Assembly (NCBI GenBank): GCA_963849325.1
Contig: CAWKHF010000006.1
Location: 512,001-576,000, forward strand
DNA length: 64,000 nucleotides
DNA from: an uncultured Planctomycetota bacterium
GTDB lineage: Bacteria > Planctomycetota > Planctomycetia > Gemmatales > Gemmataceae
Direction of reading: 5' to 3'
In this document: positions 55,182 through 64,000 of the stretch, one piece after another
Layout: each line of letters opens with the position of its first letter
Position numbering within the stretch: the first letter of the stretch is position 1
Notes under the pieces: generated by a model
Database searches by the model: none
What the model was told of the DNA's origin: nothing
Seen by the model: the letters and a program-made list of their open reading frames with translations, nothing else
Made by a program: the position numbers and the translations under genes

Positions 55182-56414
55182 ATGCGTATCCTGCACACGG
55201 CGGACTGGCACCTGGCCGACCGACTTGGCCGCATCGATCGCACCGACGACCTGCGTCGAGCGGTGGAGCGCGTGGCCGACTATTGCCGCTCGGAAAAAGT
55301 CGATGTCCTTCTCGTTGCCGGCGACCTGTTCAGCGAGCTGGCGGGACCGGACGCGCTGCGCGAGTCGATCCGTCATTTGCAGGAGACGTTTGGGCCGTTC
55401 CTGCGCGAGGGCGGAACGATCCTCACACTCACCGGCAATCACGATAAGGAGAACTTCTGCCAGACCCTGCGTCATGCCATGAACCTGGCGGCGCCCGGCG
55501 TCAAACCGGGAGCACTGGCCCCGGCCGGCCGGCTCTATCTCGCCACCGGCCCCGCGCTGCTGCAACTGCTGGATCGGGATGCGCAGAAGGGCGTTCAGTT
55601 CCTCCTCATGCCGTATCCGACACCCACGCGCTACCTCCAGGACGAGGTGGCCCAGCGCTATCAGGGGCTTGACGAGAAAAACCGTCACCTGATGGCGGCC
55701 TACACTAGCCGCCTCAACGAATTGCAGACCGACCCGCGTTTCGACCCGCGCTTGCAGACGGTGCTGGCCGCTCATATCCACGTCGAGGGCAGTTTATTGA
55801 AAGACGAGTCGCCCTTTCGGATTACCGAACAGGAGGATGTGCTCTTCAAGCCTGCCGACGTACCGACCGGCTTCGCTTACATCGCCCTGGGCCACATCCA
55901 CAAGGCGCAGTGTCTGGGAGGTCAGAAACACGTCCGTTACTGCGGCAGCGTTGAGCGCTTGGACTTGGGCGAGAGTAACTACCAGAATGGCGTCGTCCTC
56001 TTCGACCTCGGGCCGGAGGGCTTGCGAGGCGAGCCCCAGGTATTGCCGCTGGAGGCAACGCCGATTTACGAGGTTCCCATCCATTCGCCGCAAGACGAAA
56101 TCCCTGGCCTACGCCAGCGCTACCCCGACTCTCAGAAAGCCTTGGTGCGCATCGTCTGTACCTACACCGCCGGGGTCGATAACCGCGAGGAGATCCTGCG
56201 CAAGTTGGATGACATCTTCCCGCGCTGGTACGATCGAAAAATTATCGAGAAAAACGCGCTGAGCGAGACCCTTGCCGGCCCGCAGGGTCCGGCGAAGAGC
56301 TTCGAGGAAACGGTGCGCGATTATCTGCGGCAGGAGCTGACCAACCATGCCGATGACTTCCGCGAAGCCGTGCTGGCACGGGCCGAAGACCTTCTGAAGG
56401 CGGTGGACGCATGA
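55182..56414 (+). CDS. sbcD: Mre11/SbcD nuclease
   Basis: LHTADWHL, AGDLF, GNHD, AH, LGHIH. Confidence 0.95.
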   Translation: MRILHTADWHLADRLGRIDRTDDLRRAVERVADYCRSEKVDVLLVAGDLFSELAGPDALRESIRHLQETFGPFLREGGTILTLTGNHDKENFCQTLRHAMNLAAPGVKPGALAPAGRLYLATGPALLQLLDRDAQKGVQFLLMPYPTPTRYLQDEVAQRYQGLDEKNRHLMAAYTSRLNELQTDPRFDPRLQTVLAAHIHVEGSLLKDESPFRITEQEDVLFKPADVPTGFAYIALGHIHKAQCLGGQKHVRYCGSVERLDLGESNYQNGVVLFDLGPEGLRGEPQVLPLEATPIYEVPIHSPQDEIPGLRQRYPDSQKALVRIVCTYTAGVDNREEILRKLDDIFPRWYDRKIIEKNALSETLAGPQGPAKSFEETVRDYLRQELTNHADDFREAVLARAEDLLKAVDA

Positions 56415-59400
56415 TCCCCCAACGCATCCGACTCAAAGGCTTCCTGTGCTACAAGGACGAACAGGAAATCAACTTCGACAGCAACGCCACGCTCTGGATG
56501 CTGTCCGGACTCAACGGCAGTGGCAAGTCGAGCATCTTCGATGCTGTCACCTACGCGCTCTTCGGCCATCATCGCGGCGGCAGCCAGCACGCTGTCGAGC
56601 TAATCAACAAAGACGGCGACGGCTTGGCCGTCGAATTCGATTTCCGCCTCGATGAGCGCGTTTACCGCGTGCGGCGGACCCTCCGCCGCAAGGTGCGCGG
56701 CGCACCGAGCCCGACGCAGCAGATCTATCGTTACGAGCCGGGCGGCGAGCACGACTGGGTCGCCGTGGAGGGAACGAATTACAGTAGCGAATTCCAGAAC
56801 TGGATAAGAGATAAAATTGGTCTTACATATGATACATTCACCTCCTCCGTCCTGCTGCTTCAGGGCAAGGCGGACAAATTGCTCGATTCGAAGCCGGAAG
56901 GACGGCGGGCCGTGCTGGCCAGCATCGTCGATCTGGAGCGCTACAAATGCTTGCACGAGAAGGCGGACGCCAAGCGGAAAGAGCTGAAAGGAAAGCTGGA
57001 GGGTCTGTCCGACCGTTTGGCGGCGCTGCCGGAGGTCAAGGCGGAGGAGGTGGCGGCGGCGGAAGAGAGCATCCGAACGGCGGAAACGTCCCGCGAACAG
57101 GCCCGCGCGGAGGTCGAGCGTTTGCGCGAGATGGAACGACAAGCCCGCGCCTGGATGGAGCTGCAAAGCAAACTGGCGGCCGCTCGGCAGCGCTGGCAGC
57201 GCCGGACAGTTGCTCGAGGACGCCGCCGCCATTGAACGCGGCGTGGATCGGCTGCGCGAGCTGCGCGAGGTGCTGCCGCGTCTGCGCGAGATCGTCAAGC
57301 AACGCGGAACGATCCGCGACGTGGACCTCGCCAGCAAGGGACTGCTGCAAGAAAAGGACAAAACGGCGGAACAGCTGGCGCGGTGCGACAGCGCGCTGGG
57401 GCAGGAGCGCGACAAACGAACGACGCTGCAAACGCGCATGGAGGCGGAGGAGAAACAGCGGCAAGAGTTGGAGCCGCAATTGCGGAGCGTCATCGCCGGG
57501 GTGGAGAAGTTGACGGAGTACGAACGGCAGTCCGCGGAGCTGGCGCGCATCCGCGAGGAACTCGCCCTGTTGCCCGCCGACGCCACCGAGGAAGTGAAGC
57601 GAGCGCGAACGACGTGCGAAGGACTCGCCGCGCTGGCGCAACTCCTCCCCCAGCTCGTTCGCTTTCACGAACACCGCGAAGGGCTTCGGCAGGCGCTGGA
57701 GCGCGAACAGACGGCGAAACAACGTCTCGCCCAGGTCGAGACGCGCGGCAAGCACTGGAACGCCGAGCTGAAGCGCCTGGGACCGTTGGTGAAGGACGCC
57801 GATGGCGCGGCGCGGCAGGCCAGGGACCAAGAGACCGAAGCGCGCACCTTGCTCCAGCAGGCGCGGGACAGTCTGCGCGAAATCACGCATCTCGACGGCG
57901 CCAAGCGTTGCCGACACTGCGGCTTGGAGCTGACGCCGCAGCACCTCCACGAGGAGAAACGCCGCCGCGACGAGGAGGTGAGGCGGGCCGAGGAGCGACT
58001 CCAAAAAGCCGCTGCCGTTCTCCAGGCGGCGCGGCATGAGGAACAGCGATTGCGCGAAGACGAGAGCGGCGCGCAAAAGAACTACCAGGAGGCGCGCGAA
58101 GAATACCGCGAAGCGCAGAGCCAGGTAAACCAGGCCCGCGCCGACGTCACACGCTTGCAAGGTGATTGCGCCCGCGCTCACGACGACTTGCCGGACGAGC
58201 ATCGCCGGCGAATCGGGGCGGCGCCGGTCGCCGACTGGCTGAAGACGGAATATCCCACGCCGAGCGATCTCGAGCAGCTGCGCGCCGAGGCGGCCGGCCA
58301 TTCCGCGGCGCGGCAACGCTTGCACAAGGCCGAAGACGTCCTGAAGCAGTGGACCAAGCTCCACACGCAAGAGTCCGACAAGCTCGCCACCCTCGACCGC
58401 CTGCAAGCCGGCCTGCCTGCTGACCGCGAGGCGGTGCGGCGGATGCACACCGATCTCAGCGTCCGCCTCGAAACGCTTGACAAAGACCTCAAGGCCAAGC
58501 GCGGCCAGCGGAAAGACGCCGACGCGGAGATCGAACGCTGGACGCGCGAACGCGAGCGTTGGCAGGGACAGCTCAACCGCATCGACCTGGAGCTGAAGAA
58601 AAAGGAACTGGATGGCCAGAAGGCTCGGGAATTGATCGCCGTCAACCAGAAGGCGTTGCCGGTTTCGTGGCAGGCGGCCGCCGAGACCGCCGGCGCCGCC
58701 GAGTATAACCAGTGGGACAAGGAACGCGCCGACCTGGAAGCGTCCGGCGCCGATTCGCGCGGCAAGGAACTCCTGGAAGCACGCCATAAGCTCGACTTGT
58801 TTCGACAGGACAAGGAATCGCTGGAGTCTCAGCAAGATGCCTTCGCGGCCGAGGCGCGCCGCGATCCGGCGGACATCAAGGCGGAACTGGACCAGGCCAG
58901 GCAGGCGGAAGCGCAGGGCGACAAGGGCTTGACCGAGGCGCGGCAACAGCTCGCTCTCTTGCACGGCTACTGCAAACAGCGCGAGCAGATTGGCGAGGAG
59001 AGCATTCGACTGGAAGGCGAATGGTCCCTGTACAAGATCCTGGCCGAACTGCTTGGCAAGGACCGCCTGCAACTGTACCTGGTGCGGCAGGCGGAAAAGC
59101 AGGTGGTGGAGTACGCCAACGCCGTGCTCGATCGGCTCTCCGGCGGCCAGCTCTACTTGAAATTGAAAGGCGAAGCCGACGGTGAGGGTGGAATCCGACC
59201 GCGCGCTCGACCTGGAGGCGTACAATCGCGGCACCGGCGAGAAGCCAATCAACGTCGCCTTCCTCAGCGGCAGCCAGAAGTTCCGCGTCGCCGTCAGCCT
59301 GGCGCTGGGCATCGGCCAGTACGCCAGTCGGCAGCATCGACCCATCGAGTCGGTGATCATCGACGAGGGTTTCGGCTGTCTCGACAGCCAGGGCCGACAG

Positions 59401-59550
59401 GTCATGATTCAGGAATTGCAAAACCTCCGCAGCCAGATGCGCTGCATCCTGCTCGTCTCGCATCAGGAGGAGTTCGCCGAGGCGTTCTCCGACGGCTATC
59501 ACTTCGAGCTGGAGTCCGGGGCCACGAAGGTACGGCGCGTCCAGAAATGA
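56411..59550 (+). CDS. sbcC: Rad50/SbcC SMC-like ATPase, frameshifts near 57200 and 59180
   Basis: GLNGSGKSS, Q-loop LLQG, coiled coil with CRHC zinc hook (~57909), LSGSQKF, IIDEGFGCLD, LVSH. Confidence 0.93.
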
Positions 59551-59612
59551 AGCCGCCGCTGGCTTTGCGGAACTTTTCGTGTCCCGTTGGGTTCAAAGAA
59601 CAGCGGACCGAA

Positions 59613-59670
59613 CCGAGCCGCGACCGTCAGGGAGCGGAGAATACCTCGCTCCCTGACGGTCGCGGCTCGG
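59613..59670. repeat. REP palindrome GAGCCGCGACCGTCAGGGAGCG family
   Basis: ccgagccgcgaccgtcagggagcg / cgctccctgacggtcgcggctcgg. Confidence 0.85.
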
Positions 59671-59709
59671 ACGGTATCTGGTTTCGCTCCTGCTTGCGAA
59701 AGGTCTACC

Positions 59710-60660
59710 ATGCGTATCCTCCGCTCCTTCGCGTTCACCGCGGGGATTGTGCTGTTGCTCGCCGGATTCACGGCTTGCCGGAAAGGCCACTCGGTCTCGC
59801 AAGCTCCGGAGACGGCCGACACCGGCACCAAATCCAAGCCGATAACGGTGGCCGTCAACAAGCCGGCTGCCCCCGTGAATCCGGGGCCGACGGCTCCCGT
59901 GAAAGTGGAGAAAGCCCCGGCCCCGGACCTGAATCCCCTCAACATGGAAGTGACCGCCCTGGAGACACTCAGTCAGTTCAAACTCACGCGGGAGCAGCTC
60001 CAACAGCTCGCCAAGCTCGCTCCGATGACGGCGCGGAAACCGGCCCCTCCCCGGCCAACCAAGGTGAGCGAGGAATATCACAAGGCGCTCAAGGACCTGC
60101 GCGAAGCGCTGCTCGACGACAACGAGGTTCGCGTCGCCGACCTGACGCTGACCCTGGAGGAGCTGCGCGACAAGGAAGACCCCGACTTCGATGACGTGGA
60201 GATCACCGACGCGGCCCGGCGGCACACCCCGGAAGTCCTGCGCAGCCTCGGCGCTCGGCAACTGATGGGATACCTCTCCGACTTCGCCGAGGAATTCCCC
60301 GACCCACGCGAGAAGCTGACGGACGCCTTCGAGGACGTTCGCAAATTGCCCGCCAAGGAATGGGAGGAGCTGCGCGATGAGGTGGCGGGACAGGTTGGCT
60401 GGCTGGCGGCCGGGCTCGACATCGCGGCGGAGGGCAGGGTGCGCAATCGCGCCGCGGATTTGCTCAACCGTGTGCGCCGCCTCAAAGACGACGAATACAC
60501 CGTCCAGCGGGAGGAACTGGAGCGAGAGGTGCAGGGCATCGTTGGCAACATCGGGCCGACCGACGTTATCCGTCATTTCGCCGAGCGCTCGCTGGCCGAG
60601 TTGCTTGCCAATCCCCGTCTCGCCGCCGCCGTGGAAGGTCTCTTGAAGAAGGCCGAGTGA
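59710..60660 (+). CDS. Hypothetical lipoprotein
   Basis: MRILRSFAFTAGIVLLLAGFTAC lipobox-like leader. Confidence 0.75.
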   Translation: MRILRSFAFTAGIVLLLAGFTACRKGHSVSQAPETADTGTKSKPITVAVNKPAAPVNPGPTAPVKVEKAPAPDLNPLNMEVTALETLSQFKLTREQLQQLAKLAPMTARKPAPPRPTKVSEEYHKALKDLREALLDDNEVRVADLTLTLEELRDKEDPDFDDVEITDAARRHTPEVLRSLGARQLMGYLSDFAEEFPDPREKLTDAFEDVRKLPAKEWEELRDEVAGQVGWLAAGLDIAAEGRVRNRAADLLNRVRRLKDDEYTVQREELEREVQGIVGNIGPTDVIRHFAERSLAELLANPRLAAAVEGLLKKAE

Positions 60661-60666
60661 CGCCGA

Positions 60667-61848
60667 TCAGGACGAGACCTCCAGGCCGAGCAGCGTCAGG
60701 TCGTCCGGCTGCTCGCTGGCGCCGAAGAGGTCGCGGGCCAGGCGGTCCACGAAGTCGTGGATCGGCAAGTCCCGATGCCGGGCGGCACAGGCGAGCAAAC
60801 TCGCCGTCCCCGGTGGATGATCCTCATATCGTCCCGTATCGATGCCGTCGCTGTACAGCAGCACCTTGTCGCCGGGTTTCAGGGTGTAGGTATGGGCGGG
60901 GAAGACGGCATCGACCACTCCCAGCAACAAACCCTCCTGCCGCCAGAACACCGGCTCGCCCTCGCGCGGCACGTGCAGCGGATAGGGGTGTCCCGCCCGC
61001 GCGAAACGGAACGTGCCTTCCTTGTGGTTGTACAGACCATAGGCCATGGTGATGAACGGGTTCTCGGCCAGCTGCTGGTCGAGCAGGTCTTTGTTGAGCC
61101 GCTGCAACACTTCTCCCGGCGGCACCAGACGGTAATGCTGGCCGAACACCTCCTTGGCCCGCACTCCCTTCTTGACGAAGATGGTCAGCAGGCTGGCGGG
61201 TACGCCGTGGCCCATCGCATCGGCGACGTACAGGCCGACGTGTTGCTCGTCGAGGCGAAACACGTCGTAGAAGTCGCCGCCGACGCGATCGCGCAGAAGA
61301 TAATGGACGGCGAAGCGCGTCCGCGACACGTCCGGCAGCGTTTGCGGCAGGAAGCTCGATTGGATACGCTGGGCCAGCTGCAGCTCATGGTCGATCTGCT
61401 GGTGGAGTTGCTGGAGGCGTTTGTTGATGCGATGGACCTCGGCAGTCTTGCCGGCGAGGCGGTCGTGTGCGTCCTTGATGCGGAGCAGCGCCCGTGCTTG
61501 TGCGAGCAATTCCCCGCGAGCGAACGGCCGCAACAAACAGACGTCGGCGCCGGCCTCGAAGCCGGCCAGGCGGGCCGCATCTCCCCGATCCTCCGTCAAA
61601 TACAGAATCGGCACAAATCGGGCATCCAGACGCTCGCGCAGGCGGCGACACAGGTCGAGGGCCGGACCCGAACACCGGCCACCCTCGATCGCAATCAACT
61701 GGTAGTCTCCCGGCCCGTCCGGGTCCGGGGTGTCCAACAGGTGCCCGGTCAGATCGCAACCGATGCCCGCGAGAAGGTGGCGCAGCTCGGCCAGCGTGCC
61801 CGGCTGATTGGCGCAGACGAGAATTCGGGGTAGTCCGTTGACGCTCAT
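60667..61848 (-). CDS. REC + PP2C (SpoIIE/RsbU-like) phosphatase
   Basis: AQRIQSSFLP, VGGDFYD, ADAMGHG, RAGHP, YSDG, DDLT. Confidence 0.92.
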   Translation of the reverse strand: MSVNGLPRILVCANQPGTLAELRHLLAGIGCDLTGHLLDTPDPDGPGDYQLIAIEGGRCSGPALDLCRRLRERLDARFVPILYLTEDRGDAARLAGFEAGADVCLLRPFARGELLAQARALLRIKDAHDRLAGKTAEVHRINKRLQQLHQQIDHELQLAQRIQSSFLPQTLPDVSRTRFAVHYLLRDRVGGDFYDVFRLDEQHVGLYVADAMGHGVPASLLTIFVKKGVRAKEVFGQHYRLVPPGEVLQRLNKDLLDQQLAENPFITMAYGLYNHKEGTFRFARAGHPYPLHVPREGEPVFWRQEGLLLGVVDAVFPAHTYTLKPGDKVLLYSDGIDTGRYEDHPPGTASLLACAARHRDLPIHDFVDRLARDLFGASEQPDDLTLLGLEVSS

Positions 61849-61909
61849 GCGTGCCTCCCGCAACCGCCCCACTATACGCTCCGCCTCGCCCTGCGCTAAG
61901 ACGAGTGGC

Positions 61910-62016
61910 TCGGAAGAAGGGACTAGGGACTAGGGACTAGGGAAGAGACGTGGCCCCTGTCTTCTCTAGTCCCTAGTCCCTAGTCCCTAGTCCCTAGTCC
62001 CTAGTCCCTTCTTCCG
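61910..62016. repeat. Inverted heptamer tandem repeat (AGGGACT)3/(TAGTCCC)6
   Basis: Read directly from the sequence; flanked by tcggaagaa / ttcttccga. Confidence 0.9.
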
Positions 62017-62108
62017 ATGTACGTCGTTTCAGCTTGCTCGAATGACGAAGGACGGTATCATGGGTCTTCCGCGGGACATCTCTCCCCAAGCTGCATGGAG
62101 GCAGCGTC

Positions 62109-62900
62109 ATGATGCCAACCTTGAATCTGGTCGATCGCGTTCTGGCCATGGGACGGCGCTATCAGGATGTCGGGCGCCACCGTGATGCCGTGACGGTCCT
62201 CACGCGCCTGTCTCGGTTCCGTTTTCTGCCGGCCGAGGTCGCCGAGGAGACGCAGGCGCGGCTGGCCGAAATCCACCTGAAACGACGCAAGTACAAACAC
62301 GCACGCCGTCACCTGACGGCCGCCCTGCGCCATCAGCCCGACAACGCCCGCTATCACTATCTGCTGGCGACGGCCTTGCAGGCCGAGGAAGGCGACGACC
62401 TCCAGCGCGCCGGCGAACACTATCGCCGCGCGCTCGAACTCGATCCCGGGCACGTCAAATGCCTTGCCGATTACGGACTGTTGCTGCTGCGTCTGGGGCA
62501 GACCGAGGAAGGGTTGGTCCGGCTCCGCGAGGCGGCCGAGCGCGCGCCGGAGGACGTGGAGGTGCTGGGCAAGCTGGTCAAGGGACTGCGCCAGGCGGGG
62601 CGCGGCGACGAGGCGCGGTCGGTGTTGCAAATCGCCCTGTTCCGCAACTCCCGTTCGCCGCGCTTTCGCAAGCTGTGGAATGAGTTTCGTTTCCAGCAAG
62701 CGCGTCGTCGCGACAGCGAACGCCTCAAGAGCGGCGGCGACGACGGCGACGAAGAACAGCCCATTGTGCTGCCGTTCGTCCGCATCGAGAAGGAGAACCC
62801 CACAGGCAGCGATTGCCCGACGATCGTCCGCTGTGAGGGTGCCCACGCCGAAAGATCGCCGCTCTCATTCCGCAAGACGCGGCGATCGAACATACAATGA
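62109..62900 (+). CDS. TPR protein
   Basis: ALRHQPDNARYHYLLA, YRRALELDPGH. Confidence 0.85.
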   Translation: MMPTLNLVDRVLAMGRRYQDVGRHRDAVTVLTRLSRFRFLPAEVAEETQARLAEIHLKRRKYKHARRHLTAALRHQPDNARYHYLLATALQAEEGDDLQRAGEHYRRALELDPGHVKCLADYGLLLLRLGQTEEGLVRLREAAERAPEDVEVLGKLVKGLRQAGRGDEARSVLQIALFRNSRSPRFRKLWNEFRFQQARRRDSERLKSGGDDGDEEQPIVLPFVRIEKENPTGSDCPTIVRCEGAHAERSPLSFRKTRRSNIQ

Positions 62901-62904
62901 AGGT

Positions 62905-63471
62905 ATGTTCAACCGAGTGACAACGACGATCTTGCGCCGTCTGGGTGGACCTCCCAGCTTCCGAATCTACGGCAAGACGCGCCGGGAGAGCGACTGGCAC
63001 GTCATTGGTGTCCACGCCACGCACCGCCGCGATAGCGCCAGCCGGTGGCCGAGGTATCTCTTTCGCGGCACTTGCATCACCTGGACGGCGGAAGTCATCG
63101 CGGTCGGCTGGGACTTCGCCGAGGACGTGCTGCGCGAGCAGGTGAGCGAACCGGCTTCGCGCGAGCGGCCGGTGGAGGTGGCCGCCGGCCGCATTCGCGG
63201 TCCTCTGCGCCGGGCAGAAACGGGAGCTTCGCCTTTCGCCACTGCCAGCGAAGTGTTGGCGCACGAATGCGGACACACCGGACAAATGTTACGGATGGGC
63301 CTTTTGTACTGGCCGATCGGCGGAGCGCTGACGCTGTTCCGCGAAGGTCCGCACTGGTGGAACCGCTTCGAGAACCAGGCCAGCGAGGAGGGCCAGTTCG
63401 GCGGCATCGTCAACGGTTCCGTCTGCGTGAAGTTGATGCAACGGCTGCACAATCCCATACATCCCGTTTAG
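62905..63471 (+). CDS. Hypothetical protein with HExxH motif
   Basis: VLAHECGHTGQ...NRFENQA. Confidence 0.6.
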   Translation: MFNRVTTTILRRLGGPPSFRIYGKTRRESDWHVIGVHATHRRDSASRWPRYLFRGTCITWTAEVIAVGWDFAEDVLREQVSEPASRERPVEVAAGRIRGPLRRAETGASPFATASEVLAHECGHTGQMLRMGLLYWPIGGALTLFREGPHWWNRFENQASEEGQFGGIVNGSVCVKLMQRLHNPIHPV

Positions 63472-63519
63472 CCGCGACGCGCAGCGGAGCGCGCACTCCG
63501 CTGCGCGTCGCGGCTAAAC
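63466..63519. repeat. REP palindrome GTTTAGCCGCGACG family
   Basis: Matches 5223-5276. Confidence 0.9.
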
Positions 63520-63544
63520 GAGTCCGTATCACCGGATACGTGTA

Positions 63545-64000
63545 CTAATTCTTCGGTTCGGCCACAATCATAACCATCGAGATCTGAGGGAGGTTATCGC
63601 CGAGCACCTCGGCGCTGGCGTCCTTGCCCTTCTTGACGGGCGCGCGCGGAGCGTCCTTCTTCTTGACCAGCGTCACCTGGATGATCTGGTCCTGCTTGAT
63701 GTCGGAGAATTCGCCGGGGAAGCCGGGCAACTTGTCGTCGCCCTTGAGTTCCCTCAATTCCTTCTTGGTGTACTTCTTGACGCGGCCCTTGTCGTCGAAC
63801 TGGGGCGGCGGGTTGAGCATGCGGACCTTGACGTCGTCGGTCGCCTGCCATTCCACGTCCTTGGTGGTCGTGGCGACCTGGTAGATGGTGGCTTCCGCCT
63901 GGGCCATCCGCTGCTGCGCCTGCATCATCTGCTGATAATTTTGCGCCGCAACATGCTCAGCTGCGCTTGCTGATAACTCTGCAAGGCGCCGGTATTGAGC
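63545..64000 (-). CDS. Hypothetical protein, 3' part (start beyond the window)
   Basis: Open frame PPPQFDDKGRVKKYT..LPG; coding-like bias. Confidence 0.7.
   Translation of the reverse strand, partial: AQYRRLAELSASAAEHVAAQNYQQMMQAQQRMAQAEATIYQVATTTKDVEWQATDDVKVRMLNPPPQFDDKGRVKKYTKKELRELKGDDKLPGFPGEFSDIKQDQIIQVTLVKKKDAPRAPVKKGKDASAEVLGDNLPQISMVMIVAEPKN

Noticed and set aside
53264-59405. Long antisense ORFs (e.g. 53264..54892, 57036..59405, and 30108..31604 elsewhere)
   Set aside because: They are shadow ORFs of high-GC coding strands with no motifs.
50272-59550. Assignment to known defence systems (Wadjet, Lamassu, Sir2-HerA/Nezha, CBASS with CapP/CapH)
   Set aside because: There is no JetABD, Sir2, cyclase or HTH CapH gene. 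The SMC protein has a zinc hook and an SbcD partner, which makes it Rad50/SbcC.
59710-60660. Lipoprotein as an eighth member of the repair cluster
   Set aside because: It is separated by 160 bp containing a REP and is exported; no functional link is evident.

Overview
GC-rich chromosomal window, most likely from a Planctomycete of the Gemmataceae type. That call is inferred from the TIGR02996 protein, several REP families and the gene content. Many genes carry 1-2 nt indels that look like long-read assembly errors. Housekeeping content includes PTS enzyme I, a lutABC cluster split by two foreign inserts (a copper amine oxidase and a putative type II R-M pair), thiC with a TPP riboswitch, a YagF/YjhG dehydratase, an ABC exporter, a prolyl oligopeptidase and an amidohydrolase. 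The main candidate system is at 50.3-59.6 kb. There a tightly packed cluster of ECF sigma factor, putative anti-sigma and HTH-less ImmA/IrrE-type zinc protease heads a complete archaeal-style DNA end-resection set (NurA, HerA, Mre11/SbcD, Rad50/SbcC). Other notable items are a probable UGA-readthrough selenoprotein resembling the SELENON C-terminal domain, a promoter/terminator-bounded ORF-less structured RNA candidate, and a HEPN gene knocked out by both an ISH3 element and an IS66-like MITE. The window also holds an orphan Hint-'VHN' toxin tip with a candidate immunity gene, and MITE-like TTA-flanked shells each carrying a different REP core. All family calls come from motif recognition only; no searches were run.
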